Positions 27,854 to 39,521 of a stretch of DNA of 64,000 nucleotides are shown piece after piece. Positions within the stretch are counted from its first letter, which is position 1, and every line of letters starts with the position of its first letter. A model generated the notes under the pieces. It saw only the letters and a program-made list of their open reading frames with translations. It made no database searches and was not told where the DNA came from. The translations under genes and the position numbers were made by a program. Source of the stretch: Dipteris shenzhenensis (taxonomy: Eukaryota); the NCBI GenBank assembly GCA_047967505.1, contig CM106538.1. One strand, given 5' to 3'.

Positions 27854-28648
27854 CTATAAATGTGACTGTGCACCTCCAAGTGAAGGACTAGGCATCTCAC
27901 ACACATCTGTATGCACAAGCTCAAGTTGAGCATCTTTATGTCCTAATCTGCCACACTCAACATCTTTGTTGGAGCAGGACTTGCTCCTCCCTTTTCCCCT
28001 TTCCTGAGATTTGCCTCTTTGCTGACTTCTCCCCCTTGCATTTAAGGCATTGTTAGGCTTTACTGCATCTTGAGCTTTCAGCTTCTGCTCTTCTTGCAAA
28101 ATCAGCCCTGTGATATCTGAAAAACTTATGAAAGTGTTTGCATTTGTTACAGCTGTGGTGAATGTATCCCAACTTTCAGGAAGAGAAATCAAGAGTGCCA
28201 TACCTTTGGTTTCCTCATCCACCACATATTTTTGATTTGCAAGTTGAGTGACAATTGAATTAAACTCATTGAGATGTGCATCCATGGAGGTCCCTTCCTT
28301 CATCTTCAGATTGAAGAACTTGCGCAGCCAATATATCTTTGTGGCTACACTCTGCTGCTCATATGTGTCCTGTAGCTTTTTCCACACACCCCAGGCTGTT
28401 TTTTCACCATCCACATTCCAAACAACACTCTCATGGAGTGACAATTCAATTATGGACTTTGCTGACAGATCAGCTAGTGCCCAAGCATCATCAGATGTGC
28501 CAGTGGGCTTCACACCTTTGTGTATAATAGGAGCATGAAACTGCCTGAGAATTAGCACATTCAGGACCATCTTTTTCCACATTGGGTAGTTAGCAGCCCC
28601 CTGCAACTTTTTAATATTGAGAAGAGAAGATTCCGAGGATGAAGCCAT
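27854..28648 (-). pseudogene. Copia gag fused by deletion to a short integrase fragment
   Basis: KLQGAANYPMWK, LLISLPESWD, broken knuckle ECGRLGHK joined to LELVHTDVC. Confidence 0.85.
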
Positions 28649-29471
28649 TACAATCAGCAAGAAATATAACCCACACTTGGGTGCCTGACTCCCTGCAAAC
28701 TAAGTGCACAGATGCACTTGTAGTTGTGCTCAAAAGTTAATTCCTGCAATTTTCTACTGTCTGTTTCCTGCCGGCTGCAGATCCAGAAAAATAATACTTA
28801 ATGCATTAATTGAGGCTCTATAGTACAGTACAGCAGTATCTTGATTTGACACAATGTATGTCCCTGCTGTAACAGTGAAAACAGCACTGTTTTATGCACT
28901 TTAAACTTCAGTAAAGTGTCTGTTTACAGTCCAAAAAATTGACTCCGGACAGTACCCGACTGTACTTTCTAGTACAGCGACAGAAATTGACTGTATAACT
29001 GTCCAAAACTGTCAGAATTAGACTTTCTCTTGCCTCTATAACTGTGTTACACAGTTTAGAACTTGAATGAGGCAAAAGCCCCTTGACTAGAAGCCAATTT
29101 TGAAGATTTTAGTGCATACACAGCTTTCCCAAAGCTCCACTGATCACATAAAGCATCTAGGTGTTTCCCCCAACACTGATATGCATAAAAATGTCAAAAG
29201 CCCCAATTCATACGCATCTGCCACTGTCCCGTAAGTCATAAAATGCATCAAATCCTTGCACAAATCAACTCCAATCAGGAGGATATACGCAAATAAGTGC
29301 GTGTAGAAGCCAATGCTTGGCTGTGGCTACAAAAGCCCCTTGATTCCACAATTCAGAATTTCTCTCACATAGGAGGCATAGATCTGCAGATCTACCTCAC
29401 TGACAACAGACGGAACCCAAAAAAACGGGTGAAGTGGGCTGCTATACGATCGTGCACATCTTCGAGCTCTC

Positions 29472-31847
29472 TATTAAGCAACTAAGCAATTCCCACTTTA
29501 CGGGGCAATCAAATGGCTTACAGGCCAGCCAAAAGGCCAGCTCTCTCAGCCAAACAAATGGCCTGCAAGTTCAGCTGGTCTGGCCGACCAGATCTGGCCG
29601 ACCAGTTGGCTGACCAGCTGGCAGGCCCACCGACCAACTGGCAGGCCCAACCGACCAGCTGGCCGACCAGCTGGCAGGCCCACCGACCAGCTGGCCGACC
29701 AGCTAGGTCTGGCCTATAAGAGGCCTTTGCCCTCACTCTTCTTTTTCACTCTTCCTGGACAGGACAGGACCTGCAGCTGATCCTCATCTCCTCCATCTTT
29801 TGCTGCAGGCCCGCCTGCTCCATCTACCTCTCCTCTGCTGTCTCCCTCTCTTGCCTCTCCTTCATGCCTCCTGGTTGCTTCATCCTCTACTCCAAGATCT
29901 GCTCCCAACTTCTGCTCCTCTGCTCAGATCTGCTCCCCTACTTCAGCTCAGCTCCTTCTGCTCCAGATCTGTCCCATCCTACTCCAGATCTGTCCCCTTC
30001 TGCTCCTCTTCTCCAGATCAGATCCTTCTACTCCAGATCTGTCCCATCCTACTCCAGATCTGTCCCCTTCTGCTCCTCTGCTACATAACAGCTCCTTCTG
30101 CCCTAGATCAGTTCCTTTTCTTCATCCTATTGCTATTCCAGATAGCCTGAAGGTTCCTTCCTCAGAGCATGCTGGTTTCAGCCATCTCCAAGGGCAGCTC
30201 CAGCTCCCATCATCCTCGTCATCATTGAGCTACACGGAGGACTGCGTGACGCTCCCTCTGTGGCTATCTGTTCTACTGTCTCTCTACAGATTCACCTCAG
30301 CCACGGTCCTTCAGACACGATGGCTTGAGGTTCTTGTATTCAGTTTTTCATATTACCGACAGGCACTATGTTTTCTGAGTTCCGTTCTTCAGTTGTATCT
30401 GAGTATTGTCTATTTTCTGATCGCTCCACTGCAAACCCTATGGTTTCTCTATCGTTTCTCTATATGGTATCAGAGCCATGGTGATGAGAGCCATGGAGAT
30501 CAGAGCCATGGTGATCTAAAGACCCCAGATCTCAGGTGATCTAAAGATTCTGCTTCTTCATGGAGGCCATAGGTACAGGGAGCATCACTCCTATGAACAT
30601 ATCAGTTTCCTCTTCATTCCGCTGCGCACTAAGGGAGAGACCTCCATCTTCTACTCCCATCCCTCCCTCCCTTTCAGAACTCCATCTTCTACTGCCATCC
30701 CTCCCTTCCTTTCTTACCTCCATCTTCTACTACTATCCCTCCCTCCTTTTCTAGGTTTCTGGCTTGACACTCCCCATTCCTTCGAAAGAGGGGGTCATGA
30801 CACTTCACCTCTACCACCATCGACATCCCTACACGAAGCTCCAAGCACACAATATTTGCCCCTCAAAATTGGCAATTGAGAGGGGGTATTAAGCAACTAA
30901 GCAATTCCCACTTTACGGGGCAATCAAATGGCTTACAGGCCAGCCAAAAGGCCAGCTCTCTCAGCCAAACAAATGGCCTGCAAGTTCAGCTGGTCTGGCC
31001 GACCAGATCTGGCCGACCAGTTGGCTGACCAGCTGGCAGGCCCACCGACCAACTGGCAGGCCCAACCGACCAGCTGGCCGACCAGCTAGGTCTGGCCTAT
31101 AAGAGGCCTTTGCCCTCACTCTTCTTTTTCACTCTTCCTGGACAGGACAGGACCTGCAGCTGATCCTCATCTCCTCCATCTTTTGCTGCAGGCCCGCCTG
31201 CTCCATCTACCTCTCCTCTGCTGTCTCCCTCTCCTGCCTCTCCTTCATGCCTCCTGGTTGCTTCATCCTCTACTCCAAGATCTGCTCCCAACTTCTGCTC
31301 CTCTGCTCAGATCTGCTCCCCTACTTCAGCTCAGCTCCTTCTGCTCCAGATCTGTCCCATCCTACTCCAGATCTGTCCCCTTCTGCTCCTCTTCTCCAGA
31401 TCAGATCCTTCTACTCCAGATCTGTCCCATCCTACTCCAGATCTGTCCCCTTCTGCTCCTCTGCTACATAACAGCTCCTTCTGCCCTAGATCAGTTCCTT
31501 TTCTTCATCCTATTGCTATTCCAGATAGCCTGAAGGTTCCTTCCTCAGAGCATGCTGGTTTCAGCCATCTCCAAGGGCAGCTCCAGCTCCCATCATCCTC
31601 GTCATCATTGAGCTACACGGAGGACTGCGTGACGCTCCCTCTGTGGCTATCTGTTCTACTGTCTCTCTACAGATTCACCTCAGCCACGGTCCTTCAGACA
31701 CGATGGCTTGAGGTTCTTGTATTCAGTTTTTCATATTACCGACAGGCACTATGTTTTCTGAGTTCCGTTCTTCAGTTGTATCTGAGTATTGTCTATTTTC
31801 TGATCGCTCCACTGCAAACCCTATGGTTTCTCTATCGTTTCTCGATA
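29472..31847 (+). mobile_element. Non-coding non-autonomous LTR element (TRIM/LARD-like) with TA...TA termini
   Basis: LTRs 29472-30464 (993 bp) and 30887-31847 (961 bp), differing by one 32-bp repeat unit and ~2 substitutions; TSD ctctc; PBS 30465-30476; PPT gagaggggg; 422-bp interior. Confidence 0.93.
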
Positions 31848-33806
31848 CTCTCCGGCGATGTCGACGGCGAGGACCTGCACCTGTGGCAAGGACCTGCACC
31901 TGTGGCGATGGCGAGGACCTACAATACTATGGCGCTGGTGGCGACGCTGACGTCGCTGGTGGCCGCTGGCCGCTGGCTGGCGCTGGTAGCTACTGGTGGC
32001 GCTGGTGGCCGCTGGCCGCTGGCTGGCGCCGTGTCGCTGGCTAGCGCCGCGTCGCTGGTAGCCTTGGCCCTGGCGGGCGCCGCGTCGCTGGTGGCCTTGG
32101 CCCTAGCGTAGCCAATGGCCTTGGCACTGGCGTCGCCGGTGGCCTTGGCCCTAGCAACGAATGGCCTCAAAAGGGCTGCTAGCGTAGCGCTAGCAGCTGA
32201 AGGCACTGTCTGACGGCGTGGCACTGTGCCTAGCGATGACTGTGCCTAGCGATGGCTCATCGATGAGGCTGGTAGGCGAGGAGAGCAGGAGCAGCTGTCG
32301 ACGAGGAGGAAGAGATCACGGGACAGCCCAAGCTGGTCCTCCTCCTCCACCACTTTGAGTGGGCTGGTAAGGATTGGACGCAAGGCTCTGATACCAGCTT
32401 TGGAAGGGGAGAGTAGGGAGCACACCCACACACACAAGCAGGATAAGAAACAAGAAGTGTGGGGATAAAAGGTATGTGTGTACCTCCCCTAGCACACAGT
32501 GAAACTTATATATGAAAGGATAAGGTTACAACACTAAGTACAGTGTACTTAGTGTACTTAACAAATAAAGTACTAAGTGTACTAACTGTACTTGGGTGGC
32601 CATAGAGCCTTTACCCCAACAAAATACACAACGGTCACCCTGGCATATCACGAGTAGAGCTCGATATCTCAACACTGAGTTTATCGCATATGGGATCGAT
32701 ATGTTAGCTCCGATCCTAGCAAAGCTATTCAATGACGCTGTTTGCCTTGGCTTCCCCGCACCTGGACACTCAACACCATCACTCCCATCCACAAGACAGG
32801 GGATCACATAGACCCGAGTAACTATAGGACTATCATGATTGGACATGTGATATCCAAGATCTATGCAGCTGTATTGGATGCATCGGTTAGCCTATTCGCA
32901 AAGATGAGAGCGCTCACAGTAGAGGATCATGCCGGTTTCAAGCGAGACCATGGGACTATGAATTACATACTCACACTCAAGAGTGTCATTAAGGATGTCA
33001 GATCACGGAAGGAGAGGGTGTATTATTGCTTTGTGGATTTCCGCAAAGCCTTTGACACAGTACCTCGAGCTCGTCTCATCACATGCCTACAGACACTGGG
33101 ATTTGATCAAGAGATCATCTGATCAGTCATGGCACTGTATGAGAGTCTCAGACTGAGGTTGGACAGGCGCAGGTTGGACAGATGAGATCCTAAGTATCAT
33201 AGGTTGTCCCTTATCACCGCGATCCTGTTTGGCCTCTGCATCAATGAGCTTGAGACTTTCATGGAAGCGTTCGGAGGGACCGGTTGCTCACTTGCTAGGA
33301 TCATCATCAGGATTCTTCTTTATGCAGATGACATGGCACTCTTGTCGTCCACACCCGAGAGGCTCCATTGACACTTGGATGCACTCTAGGCTTCTTGTTT
33401 ATCCCATGATTTGGAGATCAACCTTGACAAGACCAAGGTCATGATCTTTAACACCTCTCGAGCAAACCTGCAATGGAAGCAGATTACTTTTACTTTAGGT
33501 GGTTACTTTTACTTTCGGTGGGTCACTAGTTGAGATCGTATCCTCATACACTTACTTAGGGATCATCTTCTCCGGCCCGATCTTCAAGATGAGATCAGCG
33601 ATGCAGGCCAGACTGAGCAGGGGATACGCACTGACTCGGCTAGAGAGACAATGCTTTCACTCCCACTTCCATGACCCTCAGACCAAGGCTCTTCTCTTCG
33701 ACTCCTTGATCCGACTAGCCGGTATGTATGGCAACCCTTGCTGGGGGCCTGACATATCAGAGATAGAGTGGACACGGGTGGAGCGCCTGCAGATCCTCAT
33801 GCTCTC

Positions 33807-34823
33807 GAGACTATATTGAAGGTGGGCCCTGAACATGTAGTTCAGGTTGTTACTGATAATGCCTCAAATTGCAAGCTAGCTGGTCATCTTGTGGAGCAAG
33901 AGTTCAAACAAATCTTCTGGACCCCGTGTGCTGCCCATTGTTTGAACTTGTTGCTGAAGGATCTTTCAGCCCTGGCGTGGATGGAGTTGGCAATTAGTCA
34001 TGGCAAGGAGGTGCAGCAATTCATCTCCAATCATGAGGCACCAAGAGCCATGCTGTCCAAATTTTCAAAACTGAAGTTGCTGAAGCCAGGTGATACAAGA
34101 TTTGCAACAAACTTCATCATGCTCCAGCGCTTGGTAAAGGTAAAAGCGTCCTTGAGGCAGATGGTTGTCAGCCAAGATTGGGATGATTGGAGAGGTCGCA
34201 ATGATGAAGCCCTTCGGATTCAAAACACCATACTGTCAACCTCATTTTGGGATGAAGTGGAGAAGTATGTGAGAGTGTGTTGGCCTATCATGCTCATGTT
34301 ACAATTGGTGAACAAGGATGATGCATGTCTTGGTGTGATTTATGAAGGTATTGATCAAATGCTTGAGAATATAAAAGAGGTCCTAGCTGGAGAAAGCAAT
34401 GGAGACATTTTGTATGAAGAAATAAGAGAGATTGCAGAAGTGAGATGGCATATGCTTCATTCACCTCTACATGCAACAGCCTTTCTTCTAAATCCAAAAT
34501 GGTTCTGCAAGAATCCACAACAAGATGCTGAAGTGATGAGAGGTTGGAGGCAAACTTTGGATAGAGTGGGGAAGGATGCTGCAGACAAAACTTTGATGAA
34601 GGATCAATTGTTGATGTATCTTGGCCAAGTGGGTGCATTTGGTGAGCTGTCCGCTTCTTCAGATAGAGAGTGTCTTTCTCCCATTGCTTGGTGGGAAAAC
34701 TATGGTTCAGATACCCCTCGATTGCGGAAGTTGGCGATCAGGCTCCTCTCACAAGTATCGAGTTCCTCTGCAGCAGAGCGGAATCGGTCCACCTATGGAT
34801 TCATCCATTCTGTGAAACGCTAA
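33807..34823 (+). pseudogene. hAT transposase C-terminal half (RNase H-like core and hATC dimerisation region), N-terminus deleted
   Basis: VVQVVTDNASN, FWTPCAAHCLNL, TRFAT, WWENYG, SQVSSSSAAERN. Confidence 0.9.
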
Positions 34824-35356
34824 ACTGTTAATGGATGGAACAAGTCATCTAGCTTTGCTCAGCCTACCCCTGCCCCTTCATTACTCAGTTTTCACTTGTC
34901 TTTACTCACCCTACCCCTAACGTTTCCTACTGATTCAATCAACGTTTCAGAAACGTTTCAAGCACATGACATTTCCTGCATGGAAACATTTCGTGCAACC
35001 TCGTTAAATTTTCGCACAAAGTTACAAGCTGATTATTGCTCTTGCTGTGTGGAATAAGATGATGCAGAGAAATACAAGCATAGGGGCAGAGGATAATGGA
35101 CACAAATATAGGAAAGATTACCACGCTAAGGCTGCCGAGGAGTAAGAAAAAATAATAATTACCACGTAACAATATCCAACTTCCTAAGATACATCGGCAC
35201 AGTGTTTCCCCTATCATAACCGAATTTGGCTCTAATTCCAGGTTCCTGATGCTAATCGTAGTTTGCATTAAATTGATGTAAAGAAAATTTAAAAAAAGTT
35301 CAGTCCTACATTGCACAGCTCAAAAACATATTTAATTCTTCTGAGAAAGAAATTAC

Positions 35357-35405
35357 CTCTTTATCCTGAAAAATGAGGCCCCCGACACTTTCCAAGTGTG
35401 CAATG
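35357..35405 (-). CDS. PDE338: PDE338/RLSB-like exon 7 (IAHLESVGGLIFQDKE)
   Basis: 49 nt, gcAG and GTaatt, phase 2/0. Confidence 0.88.
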
Positions 35406-35618
35406 CTGCAGTAGAGAAGGGGCGAAACACACAGCTCAAAACTTCAGTGTGTTATCCAATTAACATGTAAATCCTCCACTATAGCTTCAAAAGAGATTAT
35501 TAGCACATAAGTGACACAAGTCTCTGTCACTGTCACCAGAAAATACATAAAAATATCCCCATCTAGAAACTTTTCTTGACATCTGCCAACCCGTCTTTTT
35601 AAAAAATAACTGAATTAC

Positions 35619-35744
35619 CTGAAAGCTACTTGCTGAGGATCTCGGCCTTTAACTGACATTACTTTGACCTTTTCACCCTCTGTAAATAGATCTCCAACTC
35701 GTTTTACATACTCTCTCGACATATTGGAGACATGTACAAAGCCT
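35619..35744 (-). CDS. PDE338: PDE338/RLSB-like exon 6 (GFVHVSNMSREYVKRVGDLFTEGEKVKVMSVKGRDPQQVAF)
   Basis: 126 nt, acAG and GTaatt, phase 2/2; GxxHxS...GEKVKV S1 core. Confidence 0.92.
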
Positions 35745-35923
35745 CTGTATTGGGAAAGACATGATGTAAGAAAAAGAACATTTCATCAAGAAAACGGGAG
35801 CACACTGAAACAACAAGTAGATCACTTAGAAAAGAGAAAAGAGTTCTTATAATTGGCTGGTAAATTCTGATTCACATTACTGATAGCCGTGCTAGCTTCA
35901 TTCCAGACACTAAAAACAATTAC

Positions 35924-36021
35924 CTGAGTCTTGTATTGTTGACTTCAACTTGCATGCCATAGGGATACACCTTTGAGACAGTACCATCATGCACCATGCC
36001 CAGCCGAAGATTTTTCTTCAT
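35924..36021 (-). CDS. PDE338: PDE338/RLSB-like exon 5 (MKKNLRLGMVHDGTVSKVYPYGMQVEVNNTRL)
   Basis: 98 nt, gcAG and GTaatt, ends in phase 2; G-x-V-x-x-V-x-P-Y-G S1 start. Confidence 0.9.
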
Positions 36022-37279
36022 CTGCATCACAAAACCATTCTCCCGACTGAACAGTGCAAAACAAGCTTCCCCAACATACATAACTGTACATGGCAGCCAT
36101 TCTAAACAAGCTTTGATACTCCTAGGCTATTCTATCAGACTTCCGCTGAATTGTTGTCTTTTCTAACAGCAACAAGCCTCAAAATGGCCGACCCAACCTG
36201 TCCAAAAGCGACCCCCCTCAGTTTGTATAAACTTATCTGGCAGGGTCCTCTTTTTGAGGCCTTGCAAACCCGGCTTGGCCATGTGGCATCCAGCCACCAT
36301 ACACACATTAACAAAGGCAAGAAAATAATACTAGAATAATCAGACCTAGAAATTTTCTATTGAACTAAAAGTCCTCTCTCTGCTTGACTGATCCTTCTCA
36401 GCCTAATATTCTCCCCAGGAAAAAAAAATCATAATCTGTTATTTTAACAAAAACCATGTAACATATACTTAATGGAATGAATCAAATTTCCAAAAGTGAA
36501 TAATGGTTAACTGTTTTTAACAAGAACTTCAAAAGTTTTCAGAGGAAAAGAATCATGATTCATTGTTCTTAACAAGATCTTCAAGAAAAACATCAGTGGA
36601 TCTTTTGTTTGCTGTCCTAATGTGGCAGAAACAAACGCCCCATAGACCCAAAAATGACAACAAAAGGATAACCAAACATTGGAAAAAAATATTTAGTCCT
36701 TGGTGCTAGTATTTGTACATTGAACCACCTGAAATCAGACGCTTAAACGTAGAAATGCAAATTATATATTATTTTCCTTCTCAAAATGTATCAGACCTTG
36801 ATAAACAGCATTTATTGTTATGGACATTCAGAAAAATGTCATGCCAACCTTTGAAAGTGATAAGACCATGACAATCCCTTTCATAGAAATTCTCAGCACA
36901 AAAAATTTCTGCAGTTTTTTTTCCTTCTTTTGCAATGATTTTCTCTTTCTAGCACGCATTTAATGATCTATTCAAAAAGGAATTTAAAGACAGCCATCAT
37001 TTTTTCCCTCTCTGTGGAAGTTGACAGTGATAGATAGTGTATAATGACTATGAGCACATCAACTTGAAATCAAAGATGTATGGTATCTGAACCAAATCAG
37101 AAGTATGTGAAAGAGTATGACAACCAATGTTTTAAGAAAATTGAAATCAAAAGTTTTTGTACTGATTCACAAGAGAATACAGTTGCCAACTTATTGTACT
37201 CTAGTTCCAAAAAACACCAAAGGTATATATATATTGAACTGGATTAGAAAGCACGGAGCAGAAAGATTCTAAATATTAC

Positions 37280-37360
37280 CCAAGCTTTGAATTCACTGAT
37301 GATGAAATTTGATGCATTCTCTTCAACTGAGGTTATTAACACTGGCAGCATTCTCCCAAT
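37280..37360 (-). CDS. PDE338: PDE338/RLSB-like exon 4 (IGRMLPVLITSVEENASNFIISEFKAW)
   Basis: 81 nt, gcAG and GTaat, phase 0/0; completes the second S1 domain. Confidence 0.9.
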
Positions 37361-37529
37361 CTGCATATGCAAAAAAGAAATGCTAAAAAGTCTTGCCCAA
37401 ATAAGGAATCTTATTTCAAGTCCAAGTATAGCCTCCCACTTGTCAAATAGTCGTGAAACCATTAATAACTTTGTGGTGGAATCTGTAAGATGGATGCAAG
37501 TTCAATATGCATGTGATAGATCGACTTAC

Positions 37530-37601
37530 ATATTGCTGGAGCATAGCTGGACTCTCAGGTCTTTGAAGCAACTCAGACCTAGGTAGAAAAGCCCGCAGAC
37601 C
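37530..37601 (-). CDS. PDE338: PDE338/RLSB-like exon 3 (GLRAFLPRSELLQRPESPAMLQQY)
   Basis: 72 nt, cAG and GTaag, phase 0/0; GLRAFLP S1 motif. Confidence 0.9.
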
Positions 37602-38019
37602 CTGATTCAATCAAAGAAATTTGAGAGGCTCTATCAATTTGTGAATTTCTATAAAGCAAAGCTCCAATCAGATTAATAAAGTCAGCAACCCGAAAAACAC
37701 ACACATGCACACGTGAACATATGTCCACAGGTGCATGGGTGCATGCCTGTGTGCAGATGCACATGTTAAAAATTTGGGAAGCTGGGAAGAGTCAGTAAAA
37801 TATGTACATTGTGTGCATGCGTGTGACACTCATGTTTGTCAGGCATGTCAGCCACATGGAAGCAGATGACTTACTGAGAACCATCACGCAGTAAACAAAT
37901 ACAGAAGTTCATGATGAGGGAGAAGAATACTCCAATTGTTCCTCAAAAATCCAAACATCAATATGTTGCAACTTACCTTATAATAGAAATCTACTTCTCT
38001 AGAAAACAAGAAATTTTAC

Positions 38020-38094
38020 CTCATAATAACCCACAAGCCCACCATCATTGGATTGTGCTATCTCAACGTAGACAGCCTCACCCCGCTGCATGAT
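38020..38094 (-). CDS. PDE338: PDE338/RLSB-like exon 2 (IMQRGEAVYVEIAQSNDGGLVGYYE)
   Basis: 75 nt, ttacAG acceptor and GTaaaa donor, phase 0/0; S1-type NxGGL motif. Confidence 0.88.
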
Positions 38095-38739
38095 CTGTAA
38101 GGATTGCCAAAAACAACACAATCAACTTTCTGCTGCTTAATGCTACTTGTTTAAAAAGTTATTCAAACAGCCAAGGAAAATATTTTCATTCCACGTCAAA
38201 GCCACAACATTCAGGAAACATTTCCCAGTAAACAAATAGTAACGCCAAAAGTAAGAACTACCTTTTTAGAGGGAAACACCCTTTTAGAGGGAAACACCTA
38301 CACTTTTGACGGCACATTTAAGCGCAACTCAACATGCAAGGGCGAAAATCAGTAGCGAGCCGATAAACATTGCACCGCTAAGATGACGGTGTACTTGAAC
38401 AGCAAACTTGCAACGATGAGAGAGCATTCCATGATGTGAATCGCTTCAACTTTAAACAAGGCTAAGACAAAGACTAGTTCAACTCATATGACATCAGCAG
38501 TTTTTCATGGTATGAGAATATGATTGGCCTTCTTTTTAGGGGCTCAGGATTGGCTTTTCATTTTGCATTTTTAGAATTTCTATCTGCACTCATTGAATGC
38601 CACCTGAAGATGGCTTCACTGACTCTTTTTAAACTAGGTCCCACACTCTGCTGCCCTAGAATGTTTTCTTCTCAGCATTTGCAACAATTGAACCTTGAGT
38701 ACAGAAGGAATTTCTCTGAGCTCTACCTCTTCTACAATC

Positions 38740-39490
38740 ACAAATGCACATACATGCATGTGTATGTTTGTATGCACATATGCATACACGTGTGTATATG
38801 TATCATGTAGCGCAATGCATGTGCATGTGTATGCATGGGCGTGGGTGCAAGCACGGTGTGTGGTCCTGTCTGTGGGGGTATCTGCATGCATGTGTAAATA
38901 TATGCTTATTTATTCATCTAATTATATACACATATGCATATATACATACTTGCATACACATGCACATTTATACTTCCTTCGGCTCTTCTAATCTCTATGT
39001 ATGTGTAAACATATATGTATATGCAAATATATATACATATAGATGAATCCAGGATCATGCCCAAACTCATCCTCTAAAGACACAACACTGCAGTTCAATC
39101 TCATGATAGTCACTCATAAGGTAGGAACTCATTTACTCCAAGCGCATAACGGTGGGTGTAGACCATATGTAGACATGTACCTATATGTGTACTTAAATGT
39201 CTACATATACACATGTGCACGCAAATGCATATAAATGTGTGCATTCTTAGGCTTTTGTGACCTCTGTATGTATATGTATATGTATCTAAATGAATGTGTG
39301 TGCCGCGCGCACAACAAAAATACACACATGGACGCGTGTATATTTGTAAGCATGTGTAAGTGCATCGATTATATGTGCGTGTGTTGTGCACACGAGAAGA
39401 GAGAGACACACACACAGACACACACCTGCAATTGCACACGCGCACACGTGTACAGCAGCAGGTGTGCCTGTGTGCATGCATGCATATAGT
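38740..39490. repeat. Degenerate (CA/TA/TG)n microsatellite field in intron 1
   Basis: Alternating purine-pyrimidine runs. Confidence 0.85.
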
Positions 39491-39521
39491 AATCTCCAAA
39501 AGGAGCAATACATGCTGCTAT

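Larger units (their letters stand above)
26238..32621 (-). mobile_element. Young internally deleted Copia element
   Basis: 223-bp LTRs 26238-26460 and 32399-32621 with one mismatch by eye; TSD aaata; PBS 32385-32396; PPT agtgggaggt; gag, RT and RNase H ORFs. Confidence 0.95.
24825..33806 (+). mobile_element. LINE (endonuclease ~25150-25720, RT ~32627-33806) split by LTR insertions, 3' end deleted
   Basis: YFPP...LLVGDFNAR endonuclease; PIHKTGD..PSNYRTI, FVDFRKAFDTVPR, LLYADD, YTYLG; left boundary approximate. Confidence 0.85.
24658..35003 (+). mobile_element. hAT DNA transposon with TIRs and 8-bp TSD, carrying nested elements
   Basis: TSD ttaaattt at 24650-24657 and 35004-35011; TIRs ctaggttgcaggaaacg and cgaggttgcacgaaatg (reverse complement), 14/17 match; subterminal aaacg/cgttt motifs at both ends; transposase inside. 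Confidence 0.85.

Noticed and set aside
29800-32111. Duplicated Leu/Ser/Pro-rich ORFs
   Set aside because: Translations of LTR repeats and the GC-rich Copia leader; no domain motifs.
33768-34823. Domesticated hAT-derived gene
   Set aside because: No ATG or N-terminus, fused to LINE sequence, truncated at the C-terminus and still inside TIRs and TSD.
38634-38735. Possible extra exon (EEVELREIPSVLKVQ...)
   Set aside because: Not needed; exons 1 and 2 already join into the continuous family motif.
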